NCBI GenBank assembly: GCA_013141495.1
Contig: JABFQV010000014.1
Location: 38,724 to 102,723, forward strand
Length of the DNA: 64,000 bases
Direction: 5' to 3'
Origin: Methylotenera sp.
Lineage (GTDB): Bacteria; Pseudomonadota; Gammaproteobacteria; Burkholderiales; Methylophilaceae
Position numbers and translations under genes: made by a program. Under the pieces are notes generated by a model that was given only the letters and a program-made list of their open reading frames with translations, did not search any database and was not told the DNA's origin. Below, piece by piece: positions 38,303 through 46,027 of the stretch; positions within the stretch are counted from its first letter, which is position 1, and the number at the start of each line of letters is the position of its first letter.

Positions 38303-38602
38303 GACTAGCACGTATCGGTTGGGGTAACTTAGGTTATCCCAACCAAGTCAGCCAGCGTAGCCTCGCACCAAGTTAAATTGGGCGGGGCTTTTTTTACAAC
38401 TACTTGGCAGATTTCTAAGCGACTATTCGAAGCACTTAAAAATATAAATACCCAACAGCACCTACAGAATACAAAAATATTGTCGTGAATAATTAAAGTA
38501 GCGCAAGGTCATTGCATGATGAGAACCATTATGCAGAAAATAAGTGTAGCCATAAAAAATAAAACACGTATAGCGCTATAAAATCAGGGAAATAACAATA
38601 AA

Positions 38603-39853
38603 ATGAAACGCAACCACACTATTGTGTTGATACTTTGCGGGCTATCGATTACGACACAAAGCCATGCTACGAACGGCATCAATTTAATTGGCTATGGCGC
38701 TGAGTCCACACTCATGGGTGGTGCAGATACCGCTGTGGCGCGAGATACCAGTGCGTTAAACACCAACCCTGCAGGTTTGGCGCAAATCAAAGGCAGATTG
38801 TTTGATGGGTATGGTTCATTGCTACGCACCACTGATTTGGCGCACAAAGACGCGCTCAATGATCAACATGCCGATAATCGTTACGTTTTGCTTGCCGGTG
38901 GTGGTTACGCACAACAATTGAAAAGCTTACCCTGCACAGCTGGCATTGGGTTTTTCTCGCAAGGTGGCGCAGGCGCAGTGTTTAAACACATCAAAACGCC
39001 ATTTGGTACCGATGACGAAATGAGCTCACTGTTTGGCATCGCCAAAATAACACCAGGCATTGGCTGCCAAGTGACAGACAATCTTTCCATAGGCGGCTCT
39101 GCTAGCTTGATTTACGCGAGTATTGAACAAAAGTTTTTTTACCATACTCCCCCTACCGCTAGTTTTGCGGGCTTTAAAAACAAAGGCGCAGATACTATCC
39201 GCTTCGGCTTTAAACTAGGCGCTCAATATAAGTTAAACGAGCAATGGACGCTGGGTGCAAGCTATACAGAAAAAACTGAATTACCACTCACTGGCGGCAC
39301 GGCTAAATTTAACTTCGGCGCGTCTGGCATTGCTAAATATGACAAGCTTAGCATTAAAGGATTTGCACTACCGCGTGAAGTAGCGATTGGCGCCGCCTTT
39401 AAGCCTAATCCCGACTTATTACTTTCAGCCAAAATCAATTGGCTTAACTGGGCAGACGCCATTAATGATGTAACAACTACATGGCGTGAGACTTCAAGCA
39501 CGTTCGCACCCGCCTCGACAGTAAGTGTCAGCCAGCAAGATTGGCACAACCAAATAGTATATGCGCTAGGTGCGGCCTACGCTTACAATGACAAAACCAC
39601 CTTATATGCAGGCTACAACTACGGTAAAAATCCGGTGCCAAAGAACAATTCCAGCGCTTTGCTCGCCGCAACTTTAGAAGAACACATTACGCTGGGATTT
39701 GCCCGCAAGCTAGATGAAACATGGAAACTCACCAGTGGTATTGAGTTCTTATTGCCTAAAAAAGTGACTTACGATAGCCCGTTATTTGGCAATAATACTG
39801 AAGTACGCAACGAGGGATTTTTTCTACATTTAATGCTTAGCAAACAGTGGTAA
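38603..39853 (+). CDS. outer-membrane transport protein, OMPP1/FadL/TodX family
   Basis: 416 aa with a signal peptide (…TQSHA/TNG), N-terminal GINLIGYGAES..MGGA, an alternating beta-strand pattern and a terminal ...HLMLSKQW aromatic residue. Confidence 0.7.
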   Translation: MKRNHTIVLILCGLSITTQSHATNGINLIGYGAESTLMGGADTAVARDTSALNTNPAGLAQIKGRLFDGYGSLLRTTDLAHKDALNDQHADNRYVLLAGGGYAQQLKSLPCTAGIGFFSQGGAGAVFKHIKTPFGTDDEMSSLFGIAKITPGIGCQVTDNLSIGGSASLIYASIEQKFFYHTPPTASFAGFKNKGADTIRFGFKLGAQYKLNEQWTLGASYTEKTELPLTGGTAKFNFGASGIAKYDKLSIKGFALPREVAIGAAFKPNPDLLLSAKINWLNWADAINDVTTTWRETSSTFAPASTVSVSQQDWHNQIVYALGAAYAYNDKTTLYAGYNYGKNPVPKNNSSALLAATLEEHITLGFARKLDETWKLTSGIEFLLPKKVTYDSPLFGNNTEVRNEGFFLHLMLSKQW

Positions 39854-39902
39854 AACTTTCTATGCGATAAAGATATGCACCTTGCCTTGTGCGAGCTGAT
39901 TC

Positions 39903-39975
39903 AAAAAGCCCACATCCAACACCAATGAAGGCGCTACCCTTTCGCAACGTCGCTATTGGGAGCATCAATTACAGC
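39903..39975 (+). pseudogene. relic of a second RAYT gene
   Basis: Translates as KKPTSNTNEGATLSQRRYWEHQLQ against NTSKAKHGESTLWQRRYWEHQIK in the intact RAYT. At nucleotide level 39945-39968 matches 37265-37288 at 22 of 24 positions. There is an in-frame stop at 39897 and no HUH or Tyr motif regions. Confidence 0.5.
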
Positions 39976-40155
39976 TGTTCCATCAAATAATCCGATGCTG
40001 TGTCCCATCGCATAAATCGTCATACCGACGTACCAGTGCTTGGCATCACCGCTCCACTAAAGGGCTAAAGCCCTAAGTGAAAGCGCGAAAAGTCGGTATC
40101 CAGAGTCGTTAAGTCATTGGATTCCGTGTCAAGCACGGAATGACTAGGTAGCCAA

Positions 40156-40230
40156 GTAGGGTGGGGCACTTGTGACCCACGTGTTGCAATAGTGTAGATC
40201 ACCTCCGCGTGGGGTTAAAACCCCACCTAC
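40156..40230. repeat. second REP doublet (REPIN-like), degenerate copy
   Basis: GTAGGGTGGGGCacttgtGACCCACGTG ... GCGTGGGGttaaaaCCCCACCTAC, the same layout and spacer theme (TTGCAATAGTGTAG against TTGTAATAGTATAG) as 36788-36867. Confidence 0.8.
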
Positions 40231-40285
40231 AAAAACTGCGTTACATAGCTCAGTTTACTGACCTGTAAATTCAATATCAAAGGGC

Positions 40286-40321
40286 AAAAAAAACCCCAAC
40301 TCAAGGGGATGAGAGTCGGGG
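40286..40321 (-). terminator. orphan minus-strand rho-independent terminator
   Basis: The minus strand reads CCCCGACTC-tcatcccctt-GAGTTGGGG-TTTTTTTT. This gives 9 bp including one G-U pair; on the plus strand that position would be an A-C mismatch and there is no U-run. No annotated minus-strand gene lies upstream. Confidence 0.7.
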
Positions 40322-40551
40322 CAAAATGCCTTATTGTCTAAGGCTTCCGCTCAGGGAGGAAAGAAGCGGAAAGGTAGCTAACGTTTAATTTAGCTATCAT
40401 GTACGTTCAGAGTGTGATGCCTAAGGTTAGTTCTAATTTTTTTGTAACAGTTTGTATCTAATACTAGTATTCATATTACTAGTAGCGCAATGAATTGCGC
40501 GCCTACACACATCAAAAATTATTGATATATTGTCATGCTAAAATGCTAGTT

Positions 40552-42783
40552 ATGAACAGCCAAAACTCGACCATCACACAAGACCCGCTATTAGCTGGCT
40601 TAAACAACAAACAGCTTGAGGCCGTCACTTTACCTCAACAATCCGCACTCATTTTAGCCGGCGCTGGTAGCGGTAAAACACGCGTACTTACCGCGCGTAT
40701 TGCTTGGCTGATTCAAACAGGCCAGGTATCCCCAACTGGTTTATTGGCGGTAACCTTTACCAATAAAGCCGCCAAAGAGATGCTAACGCGCATTACAGCA
40801 TCACTGCCTATCAATACGCGTGGCATGTGGGTGGGCACGTTTCACGGGCTTTGTAACCGTTTATTGCGTGCGCACTATCGTGAGGCTGGTTTGCCGGCGA
40901 GCTTTCAGATTTTAGATATAGCTGATCAATTATCAGTGATTAAACGCTTGATGAAACTGATGAATGTGGATGATGAAAAATTTCCGCCTAAGCAAGTGCA
41001 AAACTTTATTAATGGCTGTAAAGATGAAGGTTTACGTGCGCATGCTGTTGAAGCTTATGACCCACACTCAACAAAAATGCGTGAGATTTTTGAAGAGTAT
41101 GATAAACAGTGCCAGCGTGATGGTGTAGCCGACTTTGCCGAGCTTTTATTACGCTGCTATGAGCTACTTGGGCGCGATGCAAACATACGCCAGCATTACC
41201 AAAGCCGCTTTAAATACATACTGGTGGATGAGTTTCAAGATACCAATCAACTGCAGTATTTATGGCTAAAATTGCTCACTGGGCACGGAGATGATACTAA
41301 ACATAACTGTATGTTTGCCGTGGGGGATGATGATCAGTCGATTTATGGTTTTAGAGGCGCGCGCGTGGGCAATATGCGTGATTTTGAAAAAGACTTCAAT
41401 ATTAAACACATCGTTAAACTGGAAGAGAATTACCGCTCGCACAGCAACATTTTAGATGCTGCCAATGCGATTATTTCGCACAATACTAACCGCTTAGGCA
41501 AAAACTTATGGACGGCTGCAGGTGCTGGCGAGCCGGTGCGTGTTTATGACGCCTATAACGACACCGATGAAGCGCAGTTTATTGTTGATGAAATTAAAAT
41601 GCTGCATTGTGAAGGCACATCATTAGGTGACATTGCCTTGCTGTATCGCTCCAATGCACAATCACGCATATTAGAGCATGCGCTATTTTCTGCCAATTTA
41701 CCTTACCGCGTGTATGGCGGCTTACGCTTTTTTGAACGTGCCGAAATTAAACATGCGCTGGCTTACATGCGCTTGATTGCCAACGCCAATGACGACACAG
41801 CTTTATTACGTGTGATTAACTTTCCGGCACGCGGCATTGGTGCGCGTAGCTTAGAGCAATTGCAGGCAAGCGCGCGCGCGGATAATTGCAGCATCTGGCA
41901 GGCGGCCATCAACAAAGTAGGTAACGGCACGCTTGGCGCTAAAGGCATTGAAGGCTTTGTTGCGCTTATCCGGCACATGGTCGATAACGCTTATGGCATT
42001 AGCTTGCCCGAGTTGGCAGAACTTGCCACCACGATGTCTGGCTTAACCGCGCATTATGAAAATGACAGAGAAGGCGAAGACCGTATTGAAAACTTGAAAG
42101 AGTTGGTGACGGCCGCGGTGTCATTCACCAACCAAGATTTTGGTAATCACAACAATGTAGATGGTGAAACCGAGCAGGATTTACTCACGCAGTTTTTGAG
42201 CCATGCCAGCTTGGAAGCGGGCGAACATCAAGCGGATGTCGGGCGTGAAGCCTTACAACTGATGACTGTACATGCCTCAAAAGGCCTGGAATTTAAAGCC
42301 GTCTTTATTAGTGGCTTAGAAGAAGGCTTATGCCCGCATGAGCAAAGTATGTATGAAAACAGCGGGCTGGAAGAAGAACGCCGCTTGGTGTACGTTGCAG
42401 TTACGCGCGCGCGACAACGCCTGTATTTAAGCCACGCGCAAAGCCGCATGTTGCATGGCAAAGTGCGTTATGGCATTCCATCACGCTTTTTAGATGAAAT
42501 TCCTGAAGCATTATTAAAACGTTTAAACGCTAAACCCGTTAAAAGGTCTGGCAGTGAGCGCGATTATAGCGAACTACCCGCCATGATGAGTAAACAACAA
42601 AGCAGCAACCAAAAAAATGCCATGCCATGGAAAATTGGCCAGCAAGTGGCGCATGCTAAATTTGGTAACGGCGTGGTAGTGAGCTATGAGGGCAACGCAA
42701 GCGACATGCGCATACAAGTGAACTTTGGCCGCGAAGGTTTGAAATGGCTGGCGCTGGAGTTTGCTAAACTCAACCCGATTTAA
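40552..42783 (+). CDS. uvrD: DNA helicase II UvrD
   Basis: Contains LNNKQLEAV, Walker A AGAGSGKTRVL, VDEFQDTN, ENYRS and VHASKGLEF. ATG at 40552 (MNSQNS...) is preferred over the TTG at 40495 by comparison with the E. coli UvrD N-terminus. Confidence 0.93.
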   Translation: MNSQNSTITQDPLLAGLNNKQLEAVTLPQQSALILAGAGSGKTRVLTARIAWLIQTGQVSPTGLLAVTFTNKAAKEMLTRITASLPINTRGMWVGTFHGLCNRLLRAHYREAGLPASFQILDIADQLSVIKRLMKLMNVDDEKFPPKQVQNFINGCKDEGLRAHAVEAYDPHSTKMREIFEEYDKQCQRDGVADFAELLLRCYELLGRDANIRQHYQSRFKYILVDEFQDTNQLQYLWLKLLTGHGDDTKHNCMFAVGDDDQSIYGFRGARVGNMRDFEKDFNIKHIVKLEENYRSHSNILDAANAIISHNTNRLGKNLWTAAGAGEPVRVYDAYNDTDEAQFIVDEIKMLHCEGTSLGDIALLYRSNAQSRILEHALFSANLPYRVYGGLRFFERAEIKHALAYMRLIANANDDTALLRVINFPARGIGARSLEQLQASARADNCSIWQAAINKVGNGTLGAKGIEGFVALIRHMVDNAYGISLPELAELATTMSGLTAHYENDREGEDRIENLKELVTAAVSFTNQDFGNHNNVDGETEQDLLTQFLSHASLEAGEHQADVGREALQLMTVHASKGLEFKAVFISGLEEGLCPHEQSMYENSGLEEERRLVYVAVTRARQRLYLSHAQSRMLHGKVRYGIPSRFLDEIPEALLKRLNAKPVKRSGSERDYSELPAMMSKQQSSNQKNAMPWKIGQQVAHAKFGNGVVVSYEGNASDMRIQVNFGREGLKWLALEFAKLNPI

Positions 42784-42804
42784 GCTTATTGTTACTACCC
42801 GACG

Positions 42805-43539
42805 CTAATTTGGATTTTCAATACTAAAAATATCGGCATAGCTGGTATATAAACTTGTCATCATCAGTGGCACCACCAGCACCAGGCCCAAACCAAACGG
42901 GATGATTGCTATGATGAGCAACACCATGAAAATCAAGCCGTAGAGCAAAAATGGCAGCATATTAGTTAAACAAGCCACAAAGCTTAGCTTCATGGCATCC
43001 ACTGCGCTTAAGTTATGTAGCCCGGCTAATATCGGTGCAAACCAGTAAGCCATCAGAATCGGCATGATAAAAAGCATGGCAATCAATATTGGTAGCAACA
43101 TAGCATCTGCCTGCTCCGGGCTTAAATCCTTACCTTGCACCAGTAGCTCAATGGTTTGTTTATCCAGTGCTAACACCACAAACACCGCAATGACCAGCAA
43201 GCCCACCATATAAATGCCACCCACGGTAATCAACTGTGCCGTGTTCTTTTTAAATCCTTCAAACAAGTGATTGATTTCTAAATCTTGATTACGGGTAAGC
43301 GCCTGGCAACCCCACATCATGCCAGCCGCAAACACAGGCGCCAACAGCGTACTCACAACAGACCCTATCCCAGGTAGCAATGATAGAGGAATCATAATTG
43401 CCAGATAAATCACCAATAAAATAATCCACATCGCGGGGTTAGCTTTAAATAAATAAAAGCCACTTACAATCCAAGCCCAGGCATTGACTACCGGCACCTG
43501 CTTAGGCGTTAAGACTTGATTTTGTGGGTTTTCTGCCAT
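42805..43539 (-). CDS. multi-pass integral membrane protein, unknown function
   Basis: 244 aa with at least 5 hydrophobic helices. No catalytic motif recognised. Confidence 0.6.
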   Translation of the reverse strand: MAENPQNQVLTPKQVPVVNAWAWIVSGFYLFKANPAMWIILLVIYLAIMIPLSLLPGIGSVVSTLLAPVFAAGMMWGCQALTRNQDLEINHLFEGFKKNTAQLITVGGIYMVGLLVIAVFVVLALDKQTIELLVQGKDLSPEQADAMLLPILIAMLFIMPILMAYWFAPILAGLHNLSAVDAMKLSFVACLTNMLPFLLYGLIFMVLLIIAIIPFGLGLVLVVPLMMTSLYTSYADIFSIENPN

Positions 43540-43597
43540 GATAATTTAATCTTTCACAATTTAACTGCGCGCATTACTGTATTTTTAGGCACCAATA

Positions 43598-44530
43598 TCA
43601 GGGTAATTCAGTACGTAATTTAAGTATGTTTTTAAAATGATCTGGGTCTTTTGCATGGGTTAACTCACCTGCCTGCGGGTAAATTTGATCATATAAACGA
43701 GACAGCCAAAAGCGCAAGGCGGCAATGCATAATAAGCTATGCCAAGCCGATTGTTCCGCCGGCGTAAACGGCCGTACTGACTGGTACGCCTGTAACATCG
43801 CATTTAATCTTGGCTCATCCAAGCGCCCATCAACCTGTACGCACCAGTCGTTGACGGCAATCGCCAAGTCGTAAGCCAACGCATCATTACACGCGTAGTA
43901 AAAATCGATTAAGCCACCTACTTTATCATGATCAAACAATACATTATCGCGGAACAAGTCGGCGTGGATAACGCCATGCGGCAATTGCGTGGTATCGAAT
44001 GCGGCTTGAAACGCCAAGGTATTTGCCAACAACTGCTGATCATCCGCTGGTAAATGTGCGATTACCTTTTGCGCCGTTTGGGTACGCCACTCGGCATCAC
44101 GCGGATTTCGATGGTTTTCTTGCGGGACAAATGATTGGCCTGCAATATGCATTTTTGCCAGCACTGCGCCCACTTCTGCGCAATGCGTAACGCTTGGTGC
44201 GCTGACATCCTGCCCTTTTAAGCAACTAATCAATACCGCAGGCTTACCGTTGAGCATGTGTAAACTGGTGCCAGATTGACTGCAAATGGGCTTGGGGCAA
44301 GGTACATTATGCGTGGCAAGATGACTCATTAGATCAATGAAATAAGGCAACTCTTCAATTGTATTATGCTCAAACAGCGTAAGCACGTATTTATCCTGCG
44401 TAGTGGTCACAAAATAATTGGTATTGGTAATGCCTGAAGAAATACCTTTTAATTCAACAAGCTCGCCGATTGCGTAATCTTGAAGCCACACTTGTAATTG
44501 TTGAATACTAACGGAGGTAAATACAGACAT
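43598..44530 (-). CDS. thrB: homoserine kinase (APH-fold, Pseudomonas-type ThrB)
   Basis: 310 aa with MSVFTSVS...GISSGITNTNYFV and the kinase loop VIHADLFRDNVLF. Also part of the conserved thrB-DUF2782-polA neighbourhood. Confidence 0.85.
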   Translation of the reverse strand: MSVFTSVSIQQLQVWLQDYAIGELVELKGISSGITNTNYFVTTTQDKYVLTLFEHNTIEELPYFIDLMSHLATHNVPCPKPICSQSGTSLHMLNGKPAVLISCLKGQDVSAPSVTHCAEVGAVLAKMHIAGQSFVPQENHRNPRDAEWRTQTAQKVIAHLPADDQQLLANTLAFQAAFDTTQLPHGVIHADLFRDNVLFDHDKVGGLIDFYYACNDALAYDLAIAVNDWCVQVDGRLDEPRLNAMLQAYQSVRPFTPAEQSAWHSLLCIAALRFWLSRLYDQIYPQAGELTHAKDPDHFKNILKLRTELP

Positions 44531-44663
44531 AGATTGGGGTTAAGTAATGAGTAAAAAATAAATAAATTGAAATAACAAAACTAGCGTGAAAGTTACAATC
44601 GAATAACAAAGCGTAATAAATAAAGAGAGGGTTGCCTCTCTTTATTGGTATGCAATCGTTATT

Positions 44664-45035
44664 CTAAAACCTAAAAATTGTCCATTTAGGAATACTCATA
44701 GGTGGTGTTGGTCCGGTATTGACCCAGCTACCGTCTTGGTCTTCTTTGTGCAGATAATAAGGTACGCCATGTGCAGGGGTGATTTTCATCATATAAAGCT
44801 GGCCATTGATGCGGTATTCTTCAATGGTTTCACCTTGTTTTTTAATAATGGTCACTTGCGGTTCATCAGCGTTGTCGTCAGCACTGATGGTGGGTGGAGG
44901 AATTTCCTCTAACGGCTGTAAATCAGCAGGTGATATTTTTTTGTCTTGCGCCTGTGCCAACAAAGGCAACAGTAGCAACGCCATCAATAGTACATTTGCA
45001 CGCTTCCAATTTTTGTTTTGATCACAATTTTGCAT
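44664..45035 (-). CDS. DUF2782-like secreted protein
   Basis: 123 aa with a signal peptide and VTIIKKQGETIEEYRINGQLYMMKITP. Its position between thrB and polA is as I recall it in Pseudomonas and betaproteobacteria. Confidence 0.6.
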   Translation of the reverse strand: MQNCDQNKNWKRANVLLMALLLLPLLAQAQDKKISPADLQPLEEIPPPTISADDNADEPQVTIIKKQGETIEEYRINGQLYMMKITPAHGVPYYLHKEDQDGSWVNTGPTPPMSIPKWTIFRF

Positions 45036-45113
45036 ACGCCTGACACCCGCCTTTATTAGTAAACCTTAGCAACGATTTATTCTATCAAATTACACGCCAT
45101 ATAATGCTATTCA

Positions 45114-45842
45114 TTACAAATAAAGCTGAACTTGTTCTTCTTCTGGCGACAACTTAAAGCCACGTGTTTCATAATGTTTGAATATCGCCTCAACAATCTG
45201 CGCAGGATCATCGATCACTTGGATCAAATCCAAGTCCTCCACAGAAATCATTTGCTCATCCACCAACGTTGTTTTAACCCAGTCCAGCAAGCCGCGCCAA
45301 AATGATTCACACACTAAAATAATCGGCATCTTAAGGGTTTTACCGGTTTGTATCAGTGTAATCGCCTCCATCACTTCATCTAGCGTACCAAAGCCGCCCG
45401 GCATCACCACATAAGCGCTGGCGTATTTAACAAACATCACTTTACGCATAAAAAAATGTTTAAAATTCTGGCTAACATCTTGATATGGATTGCGCGTTTG
45501 TTCGTGCGGCAATTCAATGTTAAGGCCAATGCTGGGTGACCGTCCCGGAAAAGCGCCTTTATTAGCAGCCTCCATAATGCCAGGGCCGCCACCTGAAATG
45601 ACACTAAAGCCGGCATCGCTCAGTAAACGCGCAACTTCTTCTGTCAATTTATAGTAAGGATGATCTACCGGCGTACGCGCACTGCCAAAAATAGTCACCG
45701 CCGGGGTAATTTCTTTAAGGCGCTCCGTGGCATCCACAAATTCTGCCATAATCTCGAATGCATGCCATGACTCATGCCCCGTTTGATGTTGCCCGTGCAA
45801 ATCAGGATTAGTGGTTTCTGGCACTTTTTTTGAAATAGACAT
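45114..45842 (-). CDS. LOG family (TIGR00730) nucleotide phosphoribohydrolase-like protein
   Basis: Contains FGSAR, GGGPGIMEAAN and the PGGFGTLDE motif. Confidence 0.85.
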   Translation of the reverse strand: MSISKKVPETTNPDLHGQHQTGHESWHAFEIMAEFVDATERLKEITPAVTIFGSARTPVDHPYYKLTEEVARLLSDAGFSVISGGGPGIMEAANKGAFPGRSPSIGLNIELPHEQTRNPYQDVSQNFKHFFMRKVMFVKYASAYVVMPGGFGTLDEVMEAITLIQTGKTLKMPIILVCESFWRGLLDWVKTTLVDEQMISVEDLDLIQVIDDPAQIVEAIFKHYETRGFKLSPEEEQVQLYL

Positions 45843-46027
45843 AATCTCGTTTTCCTTGTTTCTTTATTTTAAACTAAAAATTCAAAGGATTAAGCGAGGC
45901 CAGATACAAAACATAGACACAAAACATTTTTTAGTCGCGCCACATATGTTTTATGATGCAAGTAGCTTAACAAGCTCAGTAGAAAATATAGCGCAACAAC
46001 GTATCGCGACAACCTTTGGATTTTTAT

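Noticed and set aside
40495-40551. TTG start giving a 762-aa UvrD
   Set aside because: The extra 19 residues (MRAYTHQKLLIYCHAKMLV) have no counterpart in UvrD N-termini, and the region contains palindromes better read as regulatory DNA. ATG at 40552 is preferred.
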